Virus record (IMG/VR): IMGVR_UViG_3300007735_000791
Coordinates: 23,102-87,101 of that record
Length of the DNA: 64,000 bases
Strand: one strand, 5' to 3'
Source: a virus
Shown here: positions 30,677-40,892 of the stretch, piece by piece
Layout of the letters: the number at the start of each line of letters is the position of its first letter
How positions within the stretch are numbered: position 1 is the first letter of the stretch
Translations under genes and position numbers: made by a program
The notes under the pieces: generated by a model
The model's input: the letters and a program-made list of their open reading frames with translations, nothing else
The model's database searches: none
Told to the model about the DNA's origin: nothing

Positions 30677-30970
30677 ATGGCTAATGACGATACTTCTAAA
30701 GACAGCAGAAGGAGACCTCAACGACCTCGTGTCGGTGGAGTATACGAATGGAATCCAACTGGACTAGATGCTTTTGATTCTAAAATTAAACGTGAAAAAG
30801 GGTCATTAGTTCGTGTAGCAAAAGGCAGTAAAGCAGGCGTAAAGGGAAGGTTGCCTCATCCTTTTACATATTTAGAAGACCCTAATACTGGAGAGTTTCT
30901 GGGCATGGCTTTAGACGACAGCCTACAATTACGTAAATATATGCAAACAGAGGAAACTCCAACAGAATAA
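30677..30970 (+). CDS. Hypothetical protein (DTSKDSRRRP N-tag)
   Basis: Leaderless TATACT -10 upstream. Confidence 0.6.
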   Translation: MANDDTSKDSRRRPQRPRVGGVYEWNPTGLDAFDSKIKREKGSLVRVAKGSKAGVKGRLPHPFTYLEDPNTGEFLGMALDDSLQLRKYMQTEETPTE

Positions 30971-31003
30971 CGTATACTGACAGCGTAACGTTTGGAGCAC
31001 AAT

Positions 31004-31486
31004 ATGTCAGAACCCATGAATCGTTTGTTAGTTTGTTGGCGCCTTGTTAATGGTAGAAAAACAGATGGGGTCATGTACAAAATGACACCATACGATGGTC
31101 CTCCAGAATACGACATGGAACTTTTGGATATCTTGGAACGCCATAAGGCTCGTCATCAAGACTACGAAAATTGGCGTGCTTTAATTTTTAGAACAGACAA
31201 AGACACGGCAAGCAAACTTGACGCTGAGACAGCCATCAAGAATGAGTTGAAGGCTCACGATATCTTTATCAAAGATTTTCGTGATGAATTGAAAGTTGAT
31301 GCTTTAAAGTGCTTTAACAAACACAACAGACCAAGCAAAGGCTGTCCTGATTGGTGTGATGAGTCTAAGACAATAGGAAGAAAAGTTGGTGTCCCTGTTG
31401 ATAAACGACAGTATCTTTGTATGTATTGCCCAGCAGCCGAATACCCAACATACAAAGAACGGTTAAAACTGGGACTATACAAATAA
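31004..31486 (+). CDS. Cys-containing hypothetical protein
   Basis: C...HNRP..GC.DW and YLCMYCP motifs. Confidence 0.6.
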   Translation: MSEPMNRLLVCWRLVNGRKTDGVMYKMTPYDGPPEYDMELLDILERHKARHQDYENWRALIFRTDKDTASKLDAETAIKNELKAHDIFIKDFRDELKVDALKCFNKHNRPSKGCPDWCDESKTIGRKVGVPVDKRQYLCMYCPAAEYPTYKERLKLGLYK

Positions 31487-31963
31487 ATGATTATTGTAAC
31501 GTTTGACGTTATTGCAAACAGGGCTAAAGAAGTCGGCTCAAGTCAACCAAACAACTATGGTAGAAGACTGTGGTCAATGCTTTTTGGGACTTACAATGGT
31601 CGTATTTGTTTGATTGTTGACGGTGTAGAAACCCATCAACATCAGTTGATTATAGAGTGGTTAAAAAAAGAAAATTACAAACCAGGTTCTATTGATTTTC
31701 ATTGGGAAAGCGGTCCTGACAATCGCCTTGAAAGGGTTCGCGCTTTGCACGCCGTACACAGCAAGATTGATTGGTATGTAGATACTGACCCCACTACCGT
31801 ATCCAAAGTAATTGCAGAAGGTATTCCAACACTGTTAGTCACTGTTCCATTTATTGTTCGTCCTGAATGGGAAGAACAACGTACTATAGTAGGATGGAAC
31901 GAATTAACGGATAAGATTGAAGCACAAGCACTTAAAAAAGCAGAAAGGACATGGAAAGAATAA
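31487..31963 (+). CDS. HAD-like fold hypothetical protein
   Basis: N-terminal strand IIVTFD; WYVDTDP...GIPTLL. Confidence 0.45.
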   Translation: MIIVTFDVIANRAKEVGSSQPNNYGRRLWSMLFGTYNGRICLIVDGVETHQHQLIIEWLKKENYKPGSIDFHWESGPDNRLERVRALHAVHSKIDWYVDTDPTTVSKVIAEGIPTLLVTVPFIVRPEWEEQRTIVGWNELTDKIEAQALKKAERTWKE

Positions 31964-32232
31964 TGACAACTACACTGCGAGATGAGATATCAAACGGTTT
32001 TGAAGGAATGGGTGAAACCGTTCTATTGATGGACGGGTTTGAAGAAGCCTTTATTGGATACTGCCAACGCATCAACGAACCAGTATTGGCTGTTTACTCT
32101 TGGGAAAAAATGGTAGAAGTTTGCATGACACGAGATGGTATGACAGACATAGAAGCAATGGAGTACATTGATTACAATTGTCTTGGCGCGTGGGTTGGAG
32201 AACAAACTCCAATTATTGTGATGCCATTGTGA
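31963..32232 (+). CDS. Conserved phage hypothetical protein
   Basis: DGFEEAFIG...AVY...EAMEYIDYN.LGAWVGE.TP. Confidence 0.65.
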   Translation: MTTTLRDEISNGFEGMGETVLLMDGFEEAFIGYCQRINEPVLAVYSWEKMVEVCMTRDGMTDIEAMEYIDYNCLGAWVGEQTPIIVMPL

Positions 32233-33662
32233 AAATATACTTTGGTGGAGCAGAGAAAGGCATGTATGCCTCAATGTTGCTGTCTGCCAACGTGTCACGA
32301 TTGGGTATTAACTTAACCCATTTTGCTATTCCTAAAAAGAAGGTTTTAAACCTTTCAGAAAAGTTTAACGGTTCTGAATTGTTAATATATACATCTGAAA
32401 ATGACGAAGATTTAAATCGTTACGATTCATTTTTAAGAACCTACGCTGATGACCTAACAACAGTGATTGGCAGACCAGATTACGATGGAACATGGCTAAA
32501 CGAAAAATACGTGCCCATTTGGAATGATGGAGACGATTTAGAACGTCTTAATTGGATTTGTCAAAGACACGGACGAGTTGCTATTAGTGATAAGGCATTG
32601 GCTAAGCACCCACATAACAGGATTAACTCCATTGCTACTAGATGGAATACTGCAATGGTTGGAATTACTTCCAAACCAGAACATATTGAAAACATTAGTT
32701 GGGATTCTGTATTAGTGAACTCATGGACAAGTGCAATACGTTATGGAGAAACACAAGTCTGGACTGGTCATAGTTTACGTCGTTACCCTGCACAGCAAAA
32801 AGAAAGTGCTCGCAAACGACATAGAAATGATATTGAACGTTTGAATGTTTCCTATGAACAAGTAATGGCTGACGAAGTAGATGCTGTTGGAGCACTTGCC
32901 ATACGTTCTTGGAAGAGTTATGAAGAACGTGTTTTTGGGGGCTATGACCCCTCTACAACGTCTCAAAGTACAGGTGACGACGAAGTTGAAAATGGTGACA
33001 TAATTATTGCCTCACACCAAACACGTACCCCCCAAAATGTGGAAAACGTAGGTACAGGTATTGTTATCCCACCTCCAGAAAAGCGGCACGAAAGCGAACG
33101 CATATTATTACCTGTGATGGGGGTAGAAACAATAACCACCATGGGGTCTCAAACCATTGATTCTAATGGAGAATCTATAGAAATTGCCCCAGAACAAACG
33201 AATGTAATTAGGTATTCTGGAGCACTTTTAAGACAGTGCGATAATTGTTATCTCGCTTCAAAATGTCCTGCATTTAAGGAACATACAGAATGTGCTTTCA
33301 AGTTGCCTATTGAAATTCGTACCAAAGACCAACTTCAGTCCGCACTGAGAGCCATGATTGAAATGCAAGTTAGTCGTGTTATGTTTGCCCGATTTGCCGA
33401 AGAGTTGGAAGGGCAAGGATTAGATAGTAACCTTTCATCTGAAATGGATAGAGCATTTGAAATGGTTGAAAAGTTTAAAGAGATAAACGATACTCGTGAC
33501 ATGCTTAGGTTTCAAGTTGAGGCTCGTGGGTCAAGCGGTGTATTATCTAGATTGTTTGGGCAACGAGCAGCAGAGACTGCAAACCCACTATCATATGGAG
33601 GGTTGGGACCAGCAGAAACAGACGCATTCTACGATAACGTTTTAGATATAGAGGAGAGTTAG
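32229..33662 (+). CDS. Degenerate TGT/DpdA-like barrel fused to a Cys4 domain
   Basis: KIYFGGAE start, YVPIW, SW.SAIRYGETQVW; C-terminal CDNC....C.......C. Confidence 0.45.
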   Translation: MKIYFGGAEKGMYASMLLSANVSRLGINLTHFAIPKKKVLNLSEKFNGSELLIYTSENDEDLNRYDSFLRTYADDLTTVIGRPDYDGTWLNEKYVPIWNDGDDLERLNWICQRHGRVAISDKALAKHPHNRINSIATRWNTAMVGITSKPEHIENISWDSVLVNSWTSAIRYGETQVWTGHSLRRYPAQQKESARKRHRNDIERLNVSYEQVMADEVDAVGALAIRSWKSYEERVFGGYDPSTTSQSTGDDEVENGDIIIASHQTRTPQNVENVGTGIVIPPPEKRHESERILLPVMGVETITTMGSQTIDSNGESIEIAPEQTNVIRYSGALLRQCDNCYLASKCPAFKEHTECAFKLPIEIRTKDQLQSALRAMIEMQVSRVMFARFAEELEGQGLDSNLSSEMDRAFEMVEKFKEINDTRDMLRFQVEARGSSGVLSRLFGQRAAETANPLSYGGLGPAETDAFYDNVLDIEES

Positions 33663-33820
33663 TGAGAGGGTTACCGTATACCTACCAATGTCCAAAATGT
33701 GGGAACAAGATATCTGTAATTAGTAATAAATATCCACCAGTTTGTGCAAATAAAGAAGTCCACTCAAGCGAATCAATAAAGATGGAGTTACAAAATGTAC
33801 AAACAAAAGTTGATAACTGA
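33662..33820 (+). CDS. Small zinc-ribbon protein (not in the ORF track)
   Basis: YQCPKCG...PPVC...H. Confidence 0.5.
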   Translation: MRGLPYTYQCPKCGNKISVISNKYPPVCANKEVHSSESIKMELQNVQTKVDN

Positions 33821-34421
33821 TGTAGGAATTGACATGGACGGGGTTGTTTACCCGTTCATGAGTGCTTTTAAAAAGTACTGCATTGATGTATTAAAAGAAA
33901 CAACTTTTCCAGAGCCAGTGAAATGGGAGTTTTACGAGGATTGGGGAATTAGTAAACAAACTTTTGATGCTATGATGCAAACTGCACCAATATCACACCG
34001 TCTGTTTGCTTCTGAATCTCCAATGGAGAATGTGGCATTGGGTTGGACATTGTTACGTGAGTTGGGAGTAAAGATACATGTCATCACAGCAAGACCAAAT
34101 ACGGCATGGGCACAGACAGCAGATTGGTTGCATGACCACGAGTTAGTGCCAGACCACCTTCACTTTACTCATAACAAAACTGTTCTTGCATACACCTCTG
34201 AAGGACAGTCAGCGTCCATTGACGATAACTACAACTATCAACAAGAAATGCAAAAAGTTGGGATACTTTCAGTGTTACATGACCATCCGTGGAATAGACA
34301 CTATGATGTGGATTTTCGTGTCAATTCGCTGCTAGACTTTGCTAGACTCGTTAAAGATGTAAACAACAGGGAGATACCGTGGCAGAATACGAACGTGAAC
34401 AGGTACTACGCGAAGCAATGA
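33795..34421 (+). CDS. 5'(3')-deoxyribonucleotidase, HAD/NT5C family
   Basis: GIDMDGV, ITARP, IDD, PWN. Confidence 0.85.
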   Translation: MYKQKLITDVGIDMDGVVYPFMSAFKKYCIDVLKETTFPEPVKWEFYEDWGISKQTFDAMMQTAPISHRLFASESPMENVALGWTLLRELGVKIHVITARPNTAWAQTADWLHDHELVPDHLHFTHNKTVLAYTSEGQSASIDDNYNYQQEMQKVGILSVLHDHPWNRHYDVDFRVNSLLDFARLVKDVNNREIPWQNTNVNRYYAKQ

Positions 34422-34720
34422 CTTTAATCGTAGGAGACCGTAATGTAGATTACGGAGACCCTTACGAAGATTTTAGTCTCACTGCCAGCCTTTGGCAGAG
34501 TTACATAACACGCATTGCTGAACGACGTGATGGTTTGGTTATTGAACCCCATGACGTTGCCATCATGATGGCGTTGCTCAAAGTAAGTCGTTTGTCATGG
34601 ACTCCAAATAAAAAAGACCACTGGGTAGACATTGCTGGATATATCGGCTGTGGGTGGGACTGCGTTACAAGGGACAATCCTTCAACAACAAGGTCTACCG
34701 ATGAACGACTACACACATAA
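34379..34720 (+). CDS. DUF6378-like protein
   Basis: GDRN.DYGDP..F..A.LW...DVA.MM.LLKVSR...D.WVDIAGY. Confidence 0.8.
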   Translation: MAEYEREQVLREAMTLIVGDRNVDYGDPYEDFSLTASLWQSYITRIAERRDGLVIEPHDVAIMMALLKVSRLSWTPNKKDHWVDIAGYIGCGWDCVTRDNPSTTRSTDERLHT

Positions 34721-35063
34721 TTTTGACAAGTTTCCTTCGTCTGTTCCAAAGCACGTACTTGCTCCAGAAGTAAAGCGTCTTAACGACGCATTAAATGCGT
34801 TGCCTGTTCTTCTACAAAAACAAGACGTAACGTTAGAAACTATTTCTGAAATCTGTGATTTGTCATTGACTGAATTACGATATGGTAATTGGGAAAGTCT
34901 CTACAACTATATTCGTTCTATTGAAAAAGAGTTAGTTAACGCACAAAATAAATTAACAACTCAAGATGAAAAAATGAGAGACTTGGTTATCTTTGTTGAA
35001 AAGACTTCACAAAACATAGTTAAATTGTATAGAGAGTTTTCTATTAGAAACTCAGACGAGTAA
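34701..35063 (+). CDS. Hypothetical coiled-coil protein
   Basis: Tiles in the operon. Confidence 0.5.
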   Translation: MNDYTHNFDKFPSSVPKHVLAPEVKRLNDALNALPVLLQKQDVTLETISEICDLSLTELRYGNWESLYNYIRSIEKELVNAQNKLTTQDEKMRDLVIFVEKTSQNIVKLYREFSIRNSDE

Positions 35064-35066
35064 CTC

Positions 35067-35465
35067 ATGGATTGGCGTGAGCATGCTTTGTGTAAAGGAA
35101 AACTTGTAGATATCTGGTATCCGCCACTAGAAGCAGATAATCAAGAACAATATCACGCAGTCGCTCGTGAAGTTTGTAACATTTGTCCTGTATGGAAAGA
35201 ATGTCTTAAAGATGGTATTGATGAAAGTTGGGGAATGTGGGGAGGTTTAACTACTCTTGAAAGGAGTGTGTTTAAAAGTAAACCAAAGAAAACCGCACTA
35301 AGACCGCATAGCACACCAACAAGATATAGACAAGGCTGTCGTTGTGTTGAATGCGTTACAGTTCATACAAACGTTATGAAACAAAATAAAAATATTAACG
35401 TTGTACCAAATTGTGGAGATAAAGATTTTGATTTGTTTACAATTTTATACCAACTTCTCCAATAA
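35067..35465 (+). CDS. whiB: WhiB-family transcription factor with C-terminal Cys extension
   Basis: W...A.C, C..CPV...C, GMWGG...ER; additional H....Y..GCRC..C. Confidence 0.9.
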   Translation: MDWREHALCKGKLVDIWYPPLEADNQEQYHAVAREVCNICPVWKECLKDGIDESWGMWGGLTTLERSVFKSKPKKTALRPHSTPTRYRQGCRCVECVTVHTNVMKQNKNINVVPNCGDKDFDLFTILYQLLQ

Positions 35466-35556
35466 TCTTTGCTATGCTTTAAGGTGAAGCCGTAACCAAA
35501 GATGCTCGTCATCCGAACGTTACGGCTTCAGTTTTATCCGCCGACAAAAGGAGAGT

Positions 35557-36105
35557 TTGTTGATACGACAATCAATATTTTCATTTATCCTATTCATCGC
35601 AACAACTACAACATCAGCAATTGGACAGCAAGAATTAAATAACGGACTTGTTAAGGAAAGCAAGGAAAGCAAGGTAACTGAAGTACGTGAGTATGCGTAC
35701 GAACACCGATTGGACGAGGCAAAAACTACGACCACATCAATATTGGTTAAAAAAGCCAATGTTACAAATGATGAAAACAGTTGCCCTCAATTTGAAGAAC
35801 TGTTCAAACAATATGGTCTGAAGCCAGCAAAGACTTTTTCATACATTGCTTGGCGAGAATCTAGGTGCCGACCCAATGCGGTAAACGCCAAATGGGACGA
35901 CAAAGGCAATGTGACCTGGACTTTAAACAAAAACGGTTCAATTGACCGCGGATTGTTACAAATTAACTCATCATGGAAAACAGTGGTATCTAAAATTTGT
36001 AAATCCGACTTTGACGACATGGACGTTTTATATGATTTGGACTGCAACCTAAGGGTTGCCAAATATCTTTTTGACAATGGTGGATTAGGTCATTGGGGCA
36101 TGTAA
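35557..36105 (+). CDS. Signal-peptide-bearing lytic transglycosylase (SLT-like)
   Basis: Hydrophobic N-terminus; IAWRESRC, DRGLLQIN, N...A..L...GG..HW. Confidence 0.8.
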   Translation: MLIRQSIFSFILFIATTTTSAIGQQELNNGLVKESKESKVTEVREYAYEHRLDEAKTTTTSILVKKANVTNDENSCPQFEELFKQYGLKPAKTFSYIAWRESRCRPNAVNAKWDDKGNVTWTLNKNGSIDRGLLQINSSWKTVVSKICKSDFDDMDVLYDLDCNLRVAKYLFDNGGLGHWGM

Positions 36106-36147
36106 CATTGTAGTCAAGTTAACAAAACGACCACATAGGAGAATAAA

Positions 36148-36372
36148 ATGGTTAATCAAATCGTAGACGTAGATAATCTTTGCGGTACAGCAGAGGCTGC
36201 CGCTGTCCTTGGAGTGTTGAAACAGCGTATTCACACGTTGCGAAAACGACCAGACTTCCCACAACCGATTGTTGTTCTTGCCGCAACACCTCTTTGGGAC
36301 AAAACTGCCCTTCTTGAGTTTAAGAATGGTTGGAAAAAGACGACCACACAAGAAGTAACAATTACAGAGTAA
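36148..36372 (+). CDS. AlpA/Xis-like HTH DNA-binding protein
   Basis: GTAEAA.VLGV.KQRI..LR.RPDFPQP...LA..P.W. Confidence 0.75.
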   Translation: MVNQIVDVDNLCGTAEAAAVLGVLKQRIHTLRKRPDFPQPIVVLAATPLWDKTALLEFKNGWKKTTTQEVTITE

Positions 36373-37445
36373 TGCGTATAGGGATTGTTTCGGGAGACCG
36401 AATACATCCTGCAAAATCACCTGATGGACAAGCGCATTGGGGAGGTGCTGGTTGGGTTCGTCTTGGTCAATATTTGCCCCACTTTGGCAACGACGTAGTT
36501 CTTGGAACTTTAGTTTGGTATTACAAAAAGTTTAAAGTTATTGATGACGCTCGCGAAATGCACGATGTAGACGTCATTATCTTGCAACGTTTGATGCACG
36601 ATGGTTTAACAGAACACATTAAACTGGCTAAACAGGCTGGACAGGTAATAATCAACGACGTAGACGATTGGTACTGGGGTCTTGACCCTAGCAACAATGC
36701 TTGGAAAGCATCTCACCCAAAACACAATAAAAAAGAAAACACTTACTTTTACAGGTCAATCATTTCCGCAAGTTCTCTCGTAACAACTTCTACGCCGTTT
36801 TTATATGAAAAGATGAAAGAATGGAATAAAAACGTATTGTTGTTACCAAACACTGTAGATACTAAAGCGTTCAAAAAACACGACCACACAAAGAACAAGG
36901 ATGTAGTTATTGGTTGGGCTGGGTCTACTGCTCATAGAAGTAAAGACCTACAAGTTCTTAGTGGGGTTTTACCCTCGTTTAATGATACGACCACGCAGGT
37001 TTCGTACTTACACGCTGGTCATCATGATAGTTCTCCACATTTCGCAGATGAAATAGGATTGTCAAAAGAAAAAGTTAGAACTTTGCCTATTTGCGACCCA
37101 GACAAGTACCCAGAAATGTTTCAAATGGACATTGGCATTGCGCCGTTGCGGGACTTTCCGTTTAATCACGCAAAGTCTGAAATAAAACTGTTGGAATACT
37201 CAGCCAGTGGCATTCCGTGGATTGCTTCGGCGTTGCCTTCGTACACGTCTCTTGTCAAAGAGTTTGGTATGGGTCGTACAGCCAAACGTCCTCACGATTG
37301 GATTAGAAACCTAAAACAACTCGTTGGTTCTCGCTTGTTGAGACAAGAGGAAGGAGAACGTCTACACGAGTTGGTCAAGAAACGTGACGTGACCATAGGT
37401 GGCGCAAGGTGGCGCGAGGTTTTGGAGAACCTTCAATCCAAATAA
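36372..37445 (+). CDS. GT-B (GT4-like) glycosyltransferase
   Basis: DVDD, VTTST, PN.VD, IGWAGS..H, DIGIAPL...FN.AKS.IK.LEY.A.G.P.IAS. Confidence 0.88.
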   Translation: MRIGIVSGDRIHPAKSPDGQAHWGGAGWVRLGQYLPHFGNDVVLGTLVWYYKKFKVIDDAREMHDVDVIILQRLMHDGLTEHIKLAKQAGQVIINDVDDWYWGLDPSNNAWKASHPKHNKKENTYFYRSIISASSLVTTSTPFLYEKMKEWNKNVLLLPNTVDTKAFKKHDHTKNKDVVIGWAGSTAHRSKDLQVLSGVLPSFNDTTTQVSYLHAGHHDSSPHFADEIGLSKEKVRTLPICDPDKYPEMFQMDIGIAPLRDFPFNHAKSEIKLLEYSASGIPWIASALPSYTSLVKEFGMGRTAKRPHDWIRNLKQLVGSRLLRQEEGERLHELVKKRDVTIGGARWREVLENLQSK

Positions 37446-37451
37446 TACACT

Positions 37452-37467
37452 TGTGACCAACGTCACT
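37452..37467. promoter_or_regulatory. CRP/GlxR-like site overlapping the first early promoter
   Basis: TGTGA-ccaacg-TCACT versus consensus TGTGA-N6-TCACA. Confidence 0.6.
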
Positions 37468-37496
37468 TGGTGACAGAGGGTTGGTATTGTTACTGT
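37464..37496 (+). promoter_or_regulatory. Early promoter copy 1
   Basis: CACTTGGTGACA-N15-TACTGT with TG extension. Confidence 0.8.
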
Positions 37497-37525
37497 GGAG
37501 TTAGGACACAGAAAGGGGTTACGCC

Positions 37526-39433
37526 ATGTCTAATCTTGCGATACTTACAAAACAGCAAGTTCAAATCAAAGAAGCACTTAAACTTCGTAGTGCGCCTTTA
37601 GGTCTACTGGAGACGGACGTAGATGATTGGATTAAAGCCAACTCCCTAGACGAACTTACTTACAATAGTGCCACTGACTTGTTGGACTATTTGGAAGTCT
37701 TGCCAGTTACTCGTCTTGCCTCGCAAGCACACTTGCCAATGAAGGCAAGTCGTATTCTTGTAAACAAACGTAAAGACAACTGTACCCTTTGCGGAGAGCC
37801 AGTGTTGTCAGGCTTGGGATTACACGTGTTTCATGACGCCAGTTGGCATACGTACCACAACAGCCAAGATTGCCCTGCTGTCACTGAATTGCCTGAATTA
37901 AAATGGGATAGCGCGTCTTTGATGACAGACCTAGAAATGTTTGTCTTTGGCTTAGAGCGTATGCCAAGCGTAGTTTCAATGTCGTCTGAATTGGTAGAAC
38001 TATCAAAAGCACAGGACGCAAACTTATCTTTTGACCTAGAACTTCCACTACTTCCATTTCAACGCGCTGGAGTGAAGTACGCGCTGGAAACGAGGCGTGT
38101 GTTACTCGCAGACAGCATGGGATTGGGCAAAACTTGTCAAGGTATTGCCCTTGCCCTTGATACCAAAATGCGTAATGGTAAAACTATTGTCGTAGTACCT
38201 CCGCACCTCCGCCTCCAATGGATAAAGGAGTGTCGCCGTTTTGCGCCAAAGTTAATGGTGGCGACAGTTACTGGACGTAAACCATATTCTTTGCCAAAAC
38301 ATGACGTACTGGTCATTGGTGACAGCGTAGTCAATGCTTGGGCAAACAAGTTGGCAGGAAAGTTTGACACTTTAATTGTGGACGAAGCGCACAGCATTAA
38401 AAACGAAAAGGCTGGACGCACCAAAGGAGTTCGTTACCTTGCCAATAGTATTCCTGCTAATGGGATTATTGCCCTCATGTCGGGCACTTTGACGCCTAAT
38501 CGTCCAAGTGAGTTGCTCAGTCCATTAAAGATTATTGGACGTTTGGACAACGTGTTTGGCTCGCGTAAAGAGTTCTTGGTCAAGTATTGTGACTATCAGT
38601 TGTTGCCTAATGGTTTTCCAAATCGCAATGGCGCGAGCAACACAACAGAACTCAACACTATCTTGCGCGGTACTTGTATGGTACGCAGGCGCAAAGAGGA
38701 CGTTCTTAAAGACCTTCCGTTGAAACGCCGAGCGCAAATTGACGTAGAACTACAAGAAGCAGAGATGTCTGTGTATCGCACTGCTGAACGTGACTTCTTG
38801 AAGTGGGTCTTGGAAACTTACGGTAAAGACGCACACGAACGCGCTGGTAAGGCTGAAGTCATTACGCGCATGAACAAGTTGCGCGAAATCTTGGGTATCG
38901 CAAAAGTACGCACAGTTGTTGAGCATATTAACTCACTGTTGAGCGAGGGAGAGCAAGTAGTGGTGTTTGGATATCACCGCAAAGTGTTAGACGCTCTCAA
39001 AGAAAAGTTGAACGAGCATGGTGTTGTAATGGTTGCTGGAGGTTCTACGCCTGAAGCCAAGCAACGCTACGTGGAGATGTTTAATAACAAACAAGTAAAA
39101 GTGTTCATTGGACAGTACGAGAGTGCTGGCAGTGGATTAAACCTAACTTCAGCCTCGCACGTGGTACTCGCAGAAATGCCGTACAGTCCTTCAACTGGAC
39201 AACAAGCAGAGGATAGGTGTCACAGGATTGGTCAAGTCAATCCAGTGGTCTCGTGGTGGATTACCGCAGTTGATAACGATAACCACACTATTGACATGAG
39301 GCTATGGGACTTGCTGAACAACAAGGCTGAAGTCACGTCAGCAATCATGGACGGTTGGGCAGAGAACCTTAACGCAGACGCAGGCACTGTGACAGCACAA
39401 CTGTTGAAAGACATGCTCAAGGACTTCAGGTAA
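37526..39433 (+). CDS. Second SNF2-family (HARP/SMARCAL1-like) helicase
   Basis: LLPFQ..GV, LADSMGLGKT, VDEAH, SGT..PNRP, GSGLNLT.A, QAEDRCHRIGQ. Confidence 0.92.
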   Translation: MSNLAILTKQQVQIKEALKLRSAPLGLLETDVDDWIKANSLDELTYNSATDLLDYLEVLPVTRLASQAHLPMKASRILVNKRKDNCTLCGEPVLSGLGLHVFHDASWHTYHNSQDCPAVTELPELKWDSASLMTDLEMFVFGLERMPSVVSMSSELVELSKAQDANLSFDLELPLLPFQRAGVKYALETRRVLLADSMGLGKTCQGIALALDTKMRNGKTIVVVPPHLRLQWIKECRRFAPKLMVATVTGRKPYSLPKHDVLVIGDSVVNAWANKLAGKFDTLIVDEAHSIKNEKAGRTKGVRYLANSIPANGIIALMSGTLTPNRPSELLSPLKIIGRLDNVFGSRKEFLVKYCDYQLLPNGFPNRNGASNTTELNTILRGTCMVRRRKEDVLKDLPLKRRAQIDVELQEAEMSVYRTAERDFLKWVLETYGKDAHERAGKAEVITRMNKLREILGIAKVRTVVEHINSLLSEGEQVVVFGYHRKVLDALKEKLNEHGVVMVAGGSTPEAKQRYVEMFNNKQVKVFIGQYESAGSGLNLTSASHVVLAEMPYSPSTGQQAEDRCHRIGQVNPVVSWWITAVDNDNHTIDMRLWDLLNNKAEVTSAIMDGWAENLNADAGTVTAQLLKDMLKDFR

Positions 39434-39448
39434 GCCTTAAATCTAAGG

Positions 39449-39481
39449 CACTTGATGACGACAATAACATTATGTTAGTGT
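39449..39481 (+). promoter_or_regulatory. Early promoter copy 2
   Basis: CACTTGATGACG-N15-TAGTGT. Confidence 0.8.
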
Positions 39482-39509
39482 TACTAATAACAACCAAAGG
39501 AGAAACAAA

Positions 39510-40517
39510 ATGAGTAAAGAAACTTACGAATGGTTAAACAAGTATTGCCTTATCGGTTATACAGGACAACGTGGTAATGCTTGGCACTACCGCAAAGACG
39601 TACAGAGTGACGAACCTAATCACTACGAAAGCGCAATTCCAGTTGAGGACGTAATCAGGCGTCTGTTTTCGTGGGAGGCTCAAGAAGCACCAGTGTTTGT
39701 CAAATGGAACGACAACTACCGCTTGGAGACTGACCGCAAAGCCATTGTTCGCTCTGACAACGGAGATGTTCTTGGCATGTTCAAGGACAGTTACGCTATT
39801 CACCAATACAAAGAATGGCTCATTGAAAGCGTGTCGCACTTGTTAGATGATGACCTGAACATTGGAAGCGCAGGCATTTTGAAAAACGGTGCTATTAGTT
39901 TTGTCAGTGTTGAAATGCCTGAGACTATCAAAGTTCTTGATGGTTTCTCAGTACGACCTATGTTGCTCGCAACTACAAGCCACAACGGTTCTATCAGCAC
40001 AACCTTCAAACAAGTCAGCACTCGTGTTGAGTGTGACAACTTGTTGGCTCGTGCGCTGAGCGAAAAGACTGAGGAGTTTCGCGCTCGCCACAGCAAGAAC
40101 AGCAACTTCCGTCTCCAAAGCGTACGTGATGCTCTTGGTTTCGTACACCAAATGACAGACGACATAGTTGCTGAGGTAACTAAATATGTCAATATCAAAG
40201 TGTCTGACCGCGAGTGGCAAGCAATCGTTGAAAAACTCATGCCAGTAAACACTGACGCAAATGTAGCAAAGCAAGCAATCTCACGTGTTGAGAACAAACA
40301 AGAGCGCATTAAAGAGTTGTATCGCAATGACCCACGTGTCGCCCCGTTTCAAGGAACAGCACTTGGTGTAATCCAAGCCTTCAACACTTTCAATCAACAC
40401 TTGGTTGGCAAAGATGAGAACCGCGTTGAGCGTAACATGATGAACGCGCTCACAGGAAAAGTCACAGTACAAGACCGTTCGGTCATGGAAGCGATTGACA
40501 AGTTGGTCTTACTGTGA
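39510..40517 (+). CDS. DUF932 family protein
   Basis: AWH, SAG.LKNG, TSHNGS, RVECDN.L, RHSKN. Confidence 0.85.
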   Translation: MSKETYEWLNKYCLIGYTGQRGNAWHYRKDVQSDEPNHYESAIPVEDVIRRLFSWEAQEAPVFVKWNDNYRLETDRKAIVRSDNGDVLGMFKDSYAIHQYKEWLIESVSHLLDDDLNIGSAGILKNGAISFVSVEMPETIKVLDGFSVRPMLLATTSHNGSISTTFKQVSTRVECDNLLARALSEKTEEFRARHSKNSNFRLQSVRDALGFVHQMTDDIVAEVTKYVNIKVSDREWQAIVEKLMPVNTDANVAKQAISRVENKQERIKELYRNDPRVAPFQGTALGVIQAFNTFNQHLVGKDENRVERNMMNALTGKVTVQDRSVMEAIDKLVLL

Positions 40518-40825
40518 CCGATATGAGCCAAGTTACTTGGCAAATTGAAGCGAAGTGCGCTGGGAAACCAACCACTTTGTTTTTTTTTGAAGTAGGTGCT
40601 GGAGGACAACACCAGTATTCCAAAATGTACAAAGAGGCTCGCAGTATCTGTATGGGTTGTGTAGTGGCAAAGAAGTGTTACGACTTTGCTGTAGACCACA
40701 ACGAGGAGTACGGAGTGTGGGGAGGAGTGAACTTTGCTCAACGCCACAAATACGGTAAGAAGTATCGCGCAAGCATGTTAAACAAACAGCACGAGGACTT
40801 CATGAAAGAATACACAAACCAATAA
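40514..40825 (+). CDS. whiB: Second WhiB-family transcription factor
   Basis: W...AKC...FF, C..C.V...C..FA....E.YGVWGG. Confidence 0.88.
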   Translation: MTDMSQVTWQIEAKCAGKPTTLFFFEVGAGGQHQYSKMYKEARSICMGCVVAKKCYDFAVDHNEEYGVWGGVNFAQRHKYGKKYRASMLNKQHEDFMKEYTNQ

Positions 40826-40831
40826 GTTACG

Positions 40832-40864
40832 CATTTGGAGACAAGAGCCTTCAAATGTTAAAGT
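40832..40864 (+). promoter_or_regulatory. Early promoter copy 3
   Basis: CATTTGGAGACA-N15-TAAAGT. Confidence 0.75.
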
Positions 40865-40892
40865 TACATTAAAGACACCATAGGAGGTAGTC

